A DNA stretch of 64,000 bases from Camelus ferus. Its lineage: Eukaryota. The stretch covers positions 82,090,001 through 82,154,000 of the forward strand of contig NC_045696.1 of assembly GCF_009834535.1 (NCBI RefSeq), read 5' to 3'. Of this stretch, positions 38,686 to 51,300 are shown piece by piece; within the stretch, counting starts at the first letter, position 1, and each line of letters opens with the position of its first letter. Under the pieces are notes generated by a model. The model ran no database searches. It saw nothing but the letters and a program-made list of their open reading frames with translations, and was not told where the DNA came from. The position numbers were made by a program, and so were the translations under genes.

Positions 38686-40237
38686 ATAAAGCTCAAAAAA
38701 ATACATTCAAAATTAAGAAAACCTACAGAGATATTATATAACCACTTAAAATAATGTCTTTGAGAACTATTTAATACAATGGAGAACTGTCAATAATATG
38801 GAACAGAAAGAAGCAATATAAAAAAACATGTACAGTACAATTCAATTTTGTTTAAAATATGTAGACTGGATGAAAATATACCAAATTTTAAAAATGGTTT
38901 TCCTAGGTTATTCCTATACAGGTTAGCCCTATATTTTCTCATTTTTCCTACAATGATTTTTGATTTTATGACTGGATAGCTATTTTTCTAAATAACTACA
39001 ATACCATTATTTTACTCAGGAAATTAATTAGTAACATAATAATACTATCTAATACACAGTTCATATTAAAATCTCCCCAATTGTCCTAATATTGTCCTTT
39101 GTAGCTTAAAAAAAAAATCTGAGATCCAATCAAGGATAACACATTACTTTCACTTGTCACATCATTTCATTCTACTTTAATTTAGAATAGTTCCCTGCCA
39201 TTTGTTCTTTTTGATCCTTCATGATACTGACATTTTTGCAGACTCTAGGCCAATCATCTTGATTAAGGAGGTGGGTGCCACATTTCTCTATTGTAGGGGT
39301 GCCTTCTCCCTTTTGTAATCAGTAAGCAATCTCTAGGGTCATACCTTGAGGCTGCCAGACGATGCTGCTCCCCAGCAAAGTCTCAACGAATAGTTTCAGT
39401 ATCCATGGCCTGAATCAATCATCATAATGGAAACTGCAACTTAGTGTTTTTTTATAATTCAATGATTCATTCTGTTTTTACCAGCTGACAATTTTTTTTC
39501 CCTCAAAATGTATTAGGGATTCATGGGTTTGTTTTTATTCAGTATGCTATAATCCACTGCCACCACTGTTCCTCTGAATAGCTGAATTTTCCCACATTCA
39601 TCCTATCAGAGTTCCTTCAGCCTGGAACTCTGTCCTCTTGACATGTCCAGTCAGTCATAAGCCACTTGTTTACTTTCTGGCATCTTGTACTTCTGCAGAC
39701 CCAGAGTTACTTCTTTGTAGGAACCCTAGTTCCTTGTAGTTAAAAAAAAAAAAAAAAAAAAAAAAGCGTTTAAGAAGCAAAACCTGGGCACAGAGTGTGC
39801 CCGTTACTACTGGGGTGTCTGTGTCTAGGCCCTTTTAGTGGGCAGGGCTAGAATGTTTTTCTTTTTTTTAAATCAAGAGCCGATACTGATAACCTCCAAT
39901 TCAAAGCTAACAACACAGGATTCTTCCTCACCTCATCTCAGTATGTATTTTTATTTCTCTTCTCCCATAGTGAGAAGCTGGTTCCCAGTTACATTAGGAT
40001 GTTGACCTATTTGGTCTAACTACAATACTTACTAAATAGTTTCCAAGTTACTACACTGATACCATTGCCAACAATTAACCATGTAAATAAAGTGTAACTT
40101 TTTTCCCACACCTTTTCCCCTTGACTATATCCCTACTAGTGGGTATAGAGTCTGAGTATTGTGTTAAAAAGTTACCTGAATTAGTTCTTTTTCCTCTTTA
40201 TGGTTATGTAATCAATTTGATATACTGTTTTTAAAAA

Positions 40238-40590
40238 ATATTTTTATTAAAGTATAGTCAGTTTACAATGTGTCAATTTCTGGTGTACAGCACAATGCTT
40301 CAGTCATATAGGAACATATATATATTCATTTTCCTATTTTTTTTTCATTTCATTCTAAGTTACTATAAGATATTGAATTTGGTCCCCTGTGCTATACAGT
40401 ATAAGCTTGCTGTTTATCTATTTTAAGTATATTAGTATCTGCAAATCTTGAACTCCCAATTTATCCCTTCCCACCCTCTTTCCCACCTGGTAACCCTAAG
40501 TTTGTTTTCTCTGTCTGTGAGTCTGTTTCTATTTTGTAAATAAGTTAGTTTTTTTTATATTCCGCATATAAGTGATATCATATGGTATTG
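40238..40590 (-). mobile_element. Short younger LINE-1 3' end
   Basis: Related to 31170-31928 and, inverted, to 46300-46704 ('ccctgtgctatacagta', 'atctgcaaatcttgaactcccaatttatcccttcc'). Confidence 0.85.
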
Positions 40591-41074
40591 TTTTTGATTA
40601 TTAGTTGCTCTTTGTATATTCAATGACAGAATTTGCTTTGTTTCCATTTTTATTTAATTTTAAGTAATTGAATAAGATATTTACATGATTCAAAATCAAA
40701 ACTACTTAAAAAGGTATACTCAGGAAAATTCTATTTCCATTTTTATTACCCATATCCACCCGTCCTATCACTCGTTTCTAGTTTGTAGTTCCTAAACATT
40801 TTCTACAAAAGTGATTTGTGCAGGTGTTTCCTCTGGAATAACTATCAGGAGTGGGACCGCTGGGTCACAGGGTGAGTGCGTATGTACTTCTGTTAGATAC
40901 AGTTCTGCCCAATTCTCCTCCTTAGGGACTGCTGACCTTCATTCCTGAATGACAGTTTAACTAGTATTAAATAAGTTGAAGGTATGTACTCTCTTATGTT
41001 CTAAACTCCATTGTTGCTAAGAAATCTGTCGTCAATTTCACTACTGTTTCTTAGAGGTATGGCAGAAACAGTCA

Positions 41075-41400
41075 TTCTCAAAATTTGCGCCGCCTCCTTT
41101 TTCTGAAGCACACAGCTGACCCTCGTAGGTAGGTGTGGCCACAGGACTGATTTCTGGCCGAGGGGATGTGAGCAGATGTGATATTAACCATTCTGGGCTG
41201 AGCTCATTCCCCCTTACTATGGGCAACCAGAGCAACTCTGAAGGACACATGGTGAAGGCAGCAGAGGGTGCAGGGCCACCAGATGACCCGAAATACCCAC
41301 CCAGGACTGTTACATGAGAGAAATAAACCTGTACTGGACCTGAGCCACTGCATTTTTAATCTTTTTATAGCATTTTAACCCATCCTACCCCTAAAATACT
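41075..41400 (+). mobile_element. Degenerate MaLR LTR (MLT1-like)
   Basis: 'ggactgttacatgagagaaataaacc...gagccactgcatttt'. Confidence 0.55.
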
Positions 41401-41449
41401 TCTAACTGCTTCTTTTTCATATCCCTTCCATCTTGCTGCAAAGGTCCCT

Positions 41450-42250
41450 GCTTCTATTTCAGAATTTTTATCCACCCTAAGCCTTCATTGCATATTTTGC
41501 CTGCTCTCAGCCTCACTGAAGGATTCTTAACCAGAGCACTGACTTCTGAAGGGTGGTACTCTACATAAACTCGTATTATAATTACTGATGGCTCAGCTAC
41601 CCTGTGATTCACCATGGCCCAGGGGCTTTTTCTGCCAGGAACAGGCAGAAAACCAATCATTCTCCAATTTGAACTTCCTACTTACAAAATTAATTAGCCT
41701 TCATTTCACACTGTCCAGTATGTAACCACCCAGTTTGTCCAGGTCATTTTGACTTCTCTTTCCAGCATTTCTGGCACACAAACAATAATATACACAATAC
41801 ATCACTAGTCACAGAATAAAGTTGATTTAATAGAACTGGGTCCCAGATGGACCTCTTATAAGAGCTATCCCACACCAGCACCACGTCCTTGATGTCTCTG
41901 ACCTTTCCACCATCCAACTGTGGTATCATATAAGCTAAACTATGTTTCCCTGGGTTGCTGAGGATTACGTTATGCATAATTACATCAACAGCATGAGAAA
42001 GTCACGATATATGTGCCCTGTTTCCTCCAGATCCTGACAACATTCTTGAAAAAATTAGGTTACACTGATATGATTCAGTTTTCCATACAGCTACCATTCA
42101 TTTTTACCCAAAGCCCTAGGTTTGCTCGTAAATTAATATTCTGTTACTATATATTTTCACATATCCCTCCCTTCCAATGTGACTGTATCTTCTTATTTAC
42201 TGGAAATTCTGCATGTATATTCATCTCTTCATTTTGGTAGGAACAGATAA
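41450..42250 (-). mobile_element. Ancient CR1/L3-like reverse transcriptase relic
   Basis: Minus-strand 'gaggtccatctgggacccagttctattaaat' resembles the QGSxLGPVLFN RT motif. Boundaries are approximate. Confidence 0.5.
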
Positions 42251-45200
42251 TTAATGTAAGTACAATGTTCAGAATTAAGAAAGAAGTTCCACATCTTGTA
42301 TTAGTCAGTTCTTGCCACCAAATTTTAAGAGATATTAGTAAACAGGAATAAACCTAAAGAAGTCAACACACCTGGGAAAGGGATACATAAGAGCAATAGC
42401 TGAAGGGTTACGAGGTGAGTTGTTTGAAAGTTGGACATGTTAGTTTGGGAGCCAGTGTTTGCACCACTACCAGAAATGTCCAAATACATACGGGATGACT
42501 GCTTAGTAAACACGGTTGTAAAAGAGGTTTCATCTTCAAAGCACATTTGAATTGGAGACAGGGTCCTAGTTCTCAATGATTATCATCAACTTCAGTCTTG
42601 CTCTTAAGCAAAGGAAGGGGTTTAAGCATACAATCAGCATGCCGGAAGTACCAGTTAGAAACCTGTACTCAGTGAGACCTCACTCACAGTCCCAAGTTCC
42701 TGAACATGGCTCCCAGGATGACTCAACAACCAGAGAGATGGCGACACTGCTCGAGTTCAGATGTTCATGGTTTCTAAAACTACGGCTTTGTTGGTCATTG
42801 CTGAGAAAGTGAACCAGGCCAGTCACCTGAGGGAGGTCCTTTTCTCAACTGCATACCATCTGGGGCAGCCTGCCCAGTTGACTAAGGCCTAGTTCTCCCG
42901 TAAGTCGTCAGCAACAGCATCCCAGACCTTCCCCAGCTTACTCTCCTACCATAAACACTCACCTGTTTCCATTCTTTCACGATTTGGAAAATATAACATA
43001 CACATCTCCTCATATTGATTTATCTTTTTATTGAAGTAGAGCTGATTTGCAATACTGTATTAGTTTCAGGTGTACAGCAGTAATTCAGCAGTTTTAGACT
43101 ATACTCCATTAAAAGTTATTATAAGATAATGGCTATAATTCCCTGTGCTATGTAATATATCCTAGTTGCTTATCTATTTTATATACAGTATTCTGTATTT
43201 CTTAACCCTATACCCCTATATTGCTCCTCTCTCTTTCCCTCTCCCCACTGGTAACCACTAGTTTGTTTTATCTGTGAGTATGTTTCTGTTTTGCTATATA
43301 CATTTGTTAAGTTTTTTAGATTCGACATATAAGTGATATCATATAGTATTTGTCTTTGTCTCACTTATTTCACTAAGTATAATACTCTCTAGGTCCATCC
43401 ATGTTGCAGTAAATAGCATTCTTTTATGGCTGAGTAGTATTCCGTTGTGTATGTGTGTGTACATGTATATTCATATACATGTACATATACATGTATGTAC
43501 ACACACACACTCACACATCATATCGTCTTTATCCAGTCATCTGTTGATGGACACTTGGGTTGCTTCCATATCTTGACTATTGTAAATAGTGCTGTTATGA
43601 ACATTGGGGTGCATGTATCTTTACAAATTAGTGTTTTCTTTTTCTTTCTTTTTTTTGGGGAGGGTATATATACCCAGGAGTAGAATTGTTGGATCATATG
43701 GTAGTTCTATTTTTAGCTTTTTAAGGAACTTCTGGCACTGCTTTCCATAGTGGGTGCACCAGTTTTCTGTTACACCAAGAGTGTACCAGGGTTCTCTCTT
43801 CTCTATATCCTCATCAACATTTGTTATTTGTAGACTTCTGGATGATAGTTATTCTGACAGGTCTGAGGTGATAGCTCACTGTTGCTTTGATTTGCATTTC
43901 TGTAAAAATTAGCGATGTTGAGCATCTTTTCATGTGCCTGTTAATCATCCGTATGTCTTCTTTGGAAAAATGTCTGTTCAAGTCTTCTGCCCATTTTTTG
44001 ATTGGGTTGTATTTTTTTGATATTCAATTACATGAGTTGTTATATATTTTGGATAGTAACACCTTGTTGTATTACCATTTGCAAATATTTTCTCCATGCC
44101 ACAGGTTGCTTTTTGTTTTGTTGATGGTTTCCTTTATTGTGCAAAAGCTTTAAGTTTAATTAGGTCCCATTTGTTTATCTTTGCTTTGATCCAAAAAATA
44201 TTTCTACAATTTATGTCAAAGGGTGTTCTGCCTATGTTCTAGGTATTTTATGGTTTCAGGTCTTACATTTAGGTCTCTAATCAATTTTAAGTTTATTTTT
44301 GTATATGGTGTGTGCATTTTGTGTAAGAATGTTCTACCCACTCTCACAAATATTCAACATAGCATTGGAAGTCCTAGCCATAGCAATCAGACAAGAAAAA
44401 TAAATAAAAGGGATCCAAATTGGAAGAGAAGAGACAAAATTGTCACAATATGCGGATGACATGATACTATATATAGAAAACCCTAAAGGCTCCACACAAA
44501 AACTACTATAGCTGATAAAAAAAAAATTCAGCAAGGTAGCAGGATACAAGATTAACATACAGAAATCAGCTGCATTTCTTTATACTAACAATGAAATAAC
44601 AGGAAAGGAAAGGAAAGAAACAATCCCTTTTAAAGTCACATCAAAAAAAAAAAAAAAAATACTGAGGAGTAAATATGACCAGGGAGGTGAAAGACTTATA
44701 CATGAAGAACCGCAAAACATCGATTAAGGAAATTAAAGATGATTTAAAGAAATGGAAAGATATCCTATGCTCTTGGAATGGAAGAATCAATATTCTTAAA
44801 ATGGCCATACTACCCAAAGCAACCTACAGATTTAATGCAAACCCTATCAAATTACCCAGAACATTTTTCACAGAACTAGAACAAATAACCCTAAAATTTA
44901 TATGGAATCCCCAAAGACACAGAATTGTCAAAGCAATACTGAAGAAAAAGAACAAAGCTGAAAGAATAACCCTCCCAGACTTCAGACAATACTACAGAGC
45001 TACAGTCATCAAAACAGCATGGTATTGGCAGAAAGACATATGGATCAATGGAACAGAAATAGAGCCCAGAAATAAACCCACACACTTATGGCCAACTAAA
45101 CTTCAACAAAGGAGATAAGAATATGCAATGGAGAAAAGACAGTGTCTTCAGCAAGTGGTGTTGGGAAAACTGAACAGTCACATGTAAATGAATGAAGTTA

Positions 45201-45857
45201 GACCACTCCCTCACACTATACACAAAAATAAACTCAAAATGGCCTAAAGACTAATGCATAAGACAAGACACAATAAGCCTCCTAGAAGAAAACAGGCAAA
45301 AGATTTTCTGACAAATCTTAGCAATTTCTCCTAGGGCAGTCCACCCAGGCAACAGAAATAAAAGCAAAAATAAACAAATGGGACCTAATTAAACTTATAA
45401 GCTTTTGCAAGCAAAGGCAACCATAAGCAAAACAAAAGGCAGCCTATGGAATGGGAGAAAATATTTGCAAATGATGTGATTGACAAGGGTTTAATTTTCA
45501 GAATATATAAACAGCTCATACAATCTAATAACAAAAAACAAACAAACAAACAAAAAATCCAATCCAAATATGGGTAGAAGACCTAAACAAGCAATTCTCC
45601 AGTGAACACATACAAATGGCCAGAAGGCACATGAAAAAAATGCTTAGTATCACTAATTATCAGAGAAATGCAAATCTAAACTATAATGAAGTATCACCTC
45701 ATACCAGTCAGAATGGCCACCATTAAAAAGTCCACAAATGATAAATGCTAAAGAGGATGTGGAGAATCCTCCTACACTGTTGGTGGGAATGTAGTTTGAT
45801 GAGGCCATTATGGAAAACAGTATGGAGATTCCTCAAAAAACTAAAAATAGAATTACC

Positions 45858-46008
45858 AGGGGGAGGGTATAGTTCAGTAGTAGACTGTGTGCCTAGCATG
45901 CACAAGGTCTTGGGTTCAACCCCCAGCACTTCCATTGAAAATAAGTAAAAAAAACAAAAAAAACAAACTAATTATCTCCCCCCCCCCAATTTTAAAAATT
46001 AAAAAATA
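45858..46008 (+). mobile_element. Camelid-type SINE nested in L1
   Basis: 'gggggagggtatagttcagtagtagactgtgtgcctagcatgcacaaggtcttgggttcaacccccagcacttcc' plus tail. L1 resumes at 'tatgatccagcaatcccactcctggg'. Confidence 0.88.
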
Positions 46009-46563
46009 CTTACAATATGATCCAGCAATCCCACTCCTGGGCATATATTGGGACAGAACTCTAATTTGAAAACATACATGCACACCAATGGTTCATAGCA
46101 GCATTATACAATAGCCAAAACATGAAAACAACCTAAACATTCATTGACAGATGACTGGATAAAGAAGATGTGGTATATTTCTACAATGGAATACTACTCA
46201 GCCATTAAAAATAATAAAATAATGCCATTTTCAGCAACATGGATGGACCTGGAGATCATCATTCTAAGTGAAGTAAGCCAGAAAGAGAAAGAAAAATATC
46301 ATGTGTGGAATCTTAAAAACAAAACCAAAAACACACAAATGAATTTATTTACAAAACAGAAATAGATTCACAGACATAGAAAACAAACTCATGGTTACCA
46401 GGGGGGAAAAGAAGGTGGAAGGGATAAAATGGGAGTTGGAGATTTGCAGATACCAACTACTATATATAAAACAGATAAACAAACAACAAGTTTATACTGC
46501 ATAGCATGGGCAACTATATTCAATATCTTGTAGTAACCTATAATGAAAAAGAATATGAAAAGG

Positions 46564-46566
<3 letters not shown>

Positions 46567-46620
<54 letters not shown>
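46567..46620. repeat. (TA)27 microsatellite within the L1 3'UTR
   Basis: Uninterrupted 54-nt TA run. Confidence 0.97.
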
Positions 46621-46623
<3 letters not shown>

Positions 46624-48187
46624 TATATGTGTGTGTATGATTGAAACATGCTTTACACCAAAAGTTGACACAACAGTGTAAACTGACTTTACTTCAATTA
46701 AAAAAAGAATGTTCTAATCTCTTTCTTTTACATATAACTGTCCAGTTTTCCCAGCACCACCTGTTTAAGAGAGTTTTTTCTCTATTGTGTTATTCTTGCC
46801 TCCTGTGTCATAGATTAATAGGCATATGGGTTTATTTCTGGGCTCTCTATTTCATTCCATTAATCTGTCTGTTTTTGTGCCAGTAACATGCTGTTTTGAT
46901 TACTGTCACTTTGTAGTATAGTCTGAAGTCTGGGAGGATGAGACCGCCACCCAATCTCATCTGAATTCATTTTAAGTCATTGATTTCTCCAATCCTTAGA
47001 TCAAGGACCATAGAATTCTCAGTCCCTCGGATCTGCAAGGGCAGTGAAGATCATGGGTAATGAATACACAGGTTTTTCTGAAAAAAATTTTTTTGGAGAA
47101 ATATCACTGGATACTTAAATAGAAAGACTGTAATAAAAACTGTCTGGCAGTTCCAGACTTAGGAAGCAAAACAAGTTTGGTGCCAGTCAGGCCCAGCGGA
47201 CTCAGGACTAGTAAGCGAGGTCATTTCAGGTCTCCACTAACTCCCCATCCTGCCCCTCCAGCCACTGGAAGATGAGTCCTGGAAGGAGAGTTAAAATGTG
47301 CAGACACACCCTGAAGGAAGCTGCTGCCTGGCTGGTGGCATCTGTTAAACTCAGGACTCCGGGCAGAAGGAAGAAACGCAACCACCACCACAGGCAGCCA
47401 CCCACCCTTCCAGTAACTTCCCTCCCACCCTGCAACCCCCCTGGGAATCATACTTTAGAATCTGCTCTAAGTCAGGCCTTGACACGTGATGAGGAAAAAG
47501 GCATGATTGCTGCTCCCCAGAGAATCTGTCTATAGACCACACTACCCAGTGCCCAGCAGGGTACGGTGTCAGGTACTTCCCACATCCTGGCGCATGTTAG
47601 GGAGTGTGTAAAATGTTCATGCCTTTTGACCCAGTGTCTCCACTCCAGGAATTCATCATAAGGAAATAATTAATGCTGAAGGAAGTGATTACTGCCTGAG
47701 CAGCTCACTTCAGCATACCTGCAACAGCCCACAGAATGCTCTCCTGCCCCAAATGGATCAGAACAATTTAAATCCTGACAATAGGGAAGTAGTCAAATGA
47801 ATTACGACAGTCATAAAGTGAACTACTATCTGCAGCCATGAAAGACCCGTTTTTCAGAAAAATAAAAAACTGGAAAATGTTGACAATATAATGTTAAATG
47901 AGAGAAGCAAGGTCAAAGCTGTATATATCAGGGCTTTTCGGGGGAGGGGAGGTAATGGAATTCCCTGTGCCTCCCAGATTCTACTGATCCCTGAGAATCA
48001 GCGCTACTGAGAGGAGCCAGCTCTTGTCCTCAGATAGTCTTGTGGTATTAAGGTGGGGGCTGAAAATCAGTGTGCATACAGGATTATTCCAATATTGGGT
48101 AAACAGGAAAAAATGTATGTATATACCTGGGTCAGAAGTCATTAATGCCATGCCACCTGTAACTGGTAAGGTCACGGTCTTGTAGAC

Positions 48188-48325
48188 CAATACTTCTCAA
48201 GCTTGAATGTGGATCCGGTTAAAAGCTGGGTTCTGATTAACTATGTCTGGGATGGGCCTGAGGTTCTGTATTTCTAACATGCTCCCAGTGCTGCTGGTCC
48301 ATGCGTCCCACATTGAAAATCAAGG
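48188..48325. mobile_element. MER5A-like hAT MITE
   Basis: 'ttctcaagcttgaatgtg...tctgggatgggcctgag...tttctaacatgctccca...gctgctggtcc...cacattga'. Confidence 0.7.
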
Positions 48326-48564
48326 ATGTGCATGCCACACATCCTGCTGGGACACATCTGAGCCACACTCACAGTGACCGCCTCTGGTTGGTGAGACGAT
48401 GGGTGTGCATTTACTTTTTATACTCGCCTATGCTTGCCAGATTTTCCATGATGAAAATTTACTGCTTTTGTAATCATAAAGCAAACATTTTCCTATTTAA
48501 AACCTTGACTCAGGAATTATTCTTACAGGAATCTATCTCAAATAATGTGAAATGAAATCCAAAG

Positions 48565-49341
48565 GTTAAAAATACCGTCTCTACCCACAACACTTCTGAC
48601 ACCAAATGTGTGGGTTTTTCCACACACACAATTCTGACATGAACTTCGAAGAGTTAGCACACGGCTCCATCTTGTGGACTGAGGGCTCAACTCCGCAAGA
48701 CTGCTTCCCACTTCAGGTGCCAGTCTCAAGTCCCAGGTTGTCACCTGTACTTCCACCAAGTGGCTGTAAATCAACCATTCCCATGACCCCCTCCTCAGGT
48801 TCAATGATCTGCTTTAACACCTTACAGAACTCAGGGAAACACTTTACTTACAGTTTATTTTATTTTTAAATTTTTTTTTTACCAATTTATTTTAAAATAT
48901 GCAACTCAAAAAGAGTCAAATGGGAGAGATGCAGAGGGCAAGGTATGGGGAAGGAGCACAGAGCTTCCAGGATCTCGCTGGGCCCACCACCCTCCTAGCA
49001 CCTTGATGTGTTGGCCAACTCAAGCTCTCCAAATTCCTTTGTTTAGGGGATTTTATGGAGATTCTATTACAGAGACCTGAATGATTAAATCATCGGTCCT
49101 TGGTGATTGCATTCAATCTCAAGCCCCTCTTCCCTTCTGGTAGGGAGGTGGGGGCTAAAAGTTACACCCTCTGATCATGTGGTTGGTTCCTCTGGTAACC
49201 AACCCCAGTCTCCAAGAATCACTTTATTAGCATAACTCAGGTAAGGTTGAAAGGGGCTTATTATGTGTAACAACAGATGCTCCTGTCATTGGGAGCTCTG
49301 TACCAGGAACTAGGGGTGGAAAGCAAATATATTATATCACA
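48565..49341 (-). mobile_element. Solo LTR (MER21-like)
   Basis: 'acaacacttctgacaccaaatgtg...ttcccatgaccccctcctcaggttcaat...acagaactcagggaaacact...tattatatcaca'. Confidence 0.8.
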
Positions 49342-49689
49342 GAATCAAAGGTTGACGTACATTCAATTTGGAGTGAATCACAATATCAAAAAATGAGCAA
49401 TCGCCTGGTTCTTTAGTATCAAGAGAATGGCTAAAAAAGACTGAAAGAGCATGCAATTATTACAAAGGATATTTGTAAAGACATGGAAAAATGCTATGAT
49501 AACTGTTAATCACAGTATGACAACCCAGTGAAAATGCTAACATGAATTGAATGTTTATAAAATGTTAAAATTTATTAAATTTAGAAAAAGCAAAGGCAAA
49601 AGCAAACAAAACCGGAAGGAAATGTGCCAAAAGGCTAATGTCTTTGGATCCTTGGATAGTGGGGTCACAGATGGTTTTTTTCCCTTCAA

Positions 49690-51300
49690 CTTGCAGAATA
49701 AACGGAAGGTGGGAGGGAAGGCGCCTGTGCGGGATTAGGGGCAGCGGGGCAAGGGTTCCAACGGGAAATAGCGGAGGCAGTGGAGGGAAAGGCCCTCGAG
49801 GGCGGTCGGAAGGGGGCAGGCTTTGCGGCCTGGTAGCTGGGGGCGAGGGCGGCGGAGGGTGTTCAGTACCTCACTGGAACTCCTGGCCAGAAGAGGAGGA
49901 GGGGGAAGGAAAGGAGGAGAAAGGCCGTGGCTCCATGAAGGGGCCTGGACCTGGGCAGGAGGAGGAGGGAATCCAACAGCCTCTCCTCCTCCCTGGGCCC
50001 CGCTGGCACTTCCACGAACGGGTCTGGGCAGGAGCTGTCAACAGGGGGACTCTGCCTCGGCTGCTTGCAGGGGACTTCGGGGGCGGGGGGCTGGCTACCC
50101 GTCCATTTGGCCTCCCTGGACATGGGGATGCTTTCAGCTTCCCGGGGAACACCTTGGCTCTCAATCTCTCCCTTTCCCTCCCCAGGATGACAGGGCTCCC
50201 TATGATTCCTAAAGGGCATAAAGAACACAAACTCCTGCTACCTCCTCTGATAAAGTAAAGCGAACAGCCCATTCCCACGTCCCACTGCTGGGCTCACTTC
50301 TGGCTTGAACGTCAGTTCACTTGGGCACCTCTCCTGACAGAGAGCAAAAGGCAGTCAAAACAAATGCCAACAACCCCATACCACCGGTTAAAGATCAAAT
50401 TAGATAGCCCTTTTAAGACTCCAAAAGTGCTTCGTAAATACGAGTTAACAGCATCTGTATTACCTCTCCAAGTTAAAAGTAAACCTGCCAGTGTACCTGG
50501 TCTATGATTTCACCACTGAAGGGCAAGCCAGACGTAGTACTCTGCTGGGCCTGGGTCAGGATTTCTCAACACTCCTGTCAGCCCCTCGCGACAATCCTAC
50601 CAGGAGTGCGCATCCCCAGCTGATCCAAGAGGTACCAGATGCTCCGAGGGCGCAGTTGGCCGAGAGCCCCGCCCGCGGTGCAAAGGCGCCGTCCCACCAG
50701 TTCCAGCTCTTCCACCCGGAGGGGAGGCCGCCGGGGATCCAGCTCCTTTCCAGAGTCAGAGAGGATTTAATCCCCAAACAACAGAGCCAAAGCCCCGGGC
50801 TCGGGCCCCATTCTCTGCATCAGTTTCAAAGCTGCGGCTCCACCAAATCCTCTGCTGACTTTTGTCACGGAGAACATTTCCCTAAGGCCACGAGGCAGCC
50901 CCGGCTCCCTCTGAAAACAGAGGTCAGAGCTGGAAGGCATTTCTCCCCTGCAGCCTGCTTTCTAAATCCTGGGGAAGCCCTCCCAAATAAAGGCAAAAGT
51001 GAAGGAGGCGGGGCTCAACATGAGCAATTGCTAGCCTGCGGTGAAGCCTTATTCCACGCCTGGCATCCCACGTGCCATCGAATCCTCACTGCCCTAGCAG
51101 ATGGGGATCATTAACACTTCCACTTTACACGGGAGACTGGTTTAAAAAAAACTTGGCCAAGGTCACACAGTAGCCAGGTGGTGGGAGAACCAGACAGAAA
51201 TCAGCGGCCACACTTGGGGCCCTTTCCTGGCCGGCTGCCGGTTTGACACGGAGATAGTAATCACCTCCCTGAGGATCACCACCTGCACACCTGAATCCCA
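49690..51300. promoter_or_regulatory. Intronic GC/CpG-enriched non-repeat region (candidate enhancer or alternative promoter)
   Basis: Sharp GC rise with retained CpGs, GC boxes (gggcgg) and a G-quadruplex motif at 49731-49755. Confidence 0.45.

Larger units (their letters stand above)
33400..40940. mobile_element. Mosaic of highly decayed L1/HAL1-type fragments in both orientations
   Basis: L1-like A-rich and T-rich blocks, e.g. 'ggataaacaaaacagtggtatatccatgcaatggaacactactcagcaataaaaaggaa'. Individual boundaries not resolved. Confidence 0.6.
44337..46704 (+). mobile_element. 5'-truncated younger LINE-1 (ORF2 C-terminal half plus 3'UTR)
   Basis: ORF2 peptide '[36 protein letters not shown]...[21 protein letters not shown]'. 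Perfect 12-bp TSD aagaatgttcta at 44325-44336 and 46705-46716. Frameshifted. Confidence 0.93.
43020..46945 (-). mobile_element. LINE-1 3' region on the - strand, split by an opposite-strand L1
   Basis: L1 3'UTR/ORF2 end over 43020-44336, resuming at 46717-46945 ('tccagttttcccagcaccac...ctttgtagtatagtctgaagtc'). Confidence 0.88.

Noticed and set aside
44675..45118. 147-aa ORF as a host gene or active retroelement
   Set aside because: It is a fragment of L1 ORF2 in a 5'-truncated, frameshifted copy.
49638..51114. 206-aa and 207-aa ORFs and their antisense overlaps
   Set aside because: GC-rich stop-codon depletion explains them. The peptides are low-complexity with no recognisable domain.
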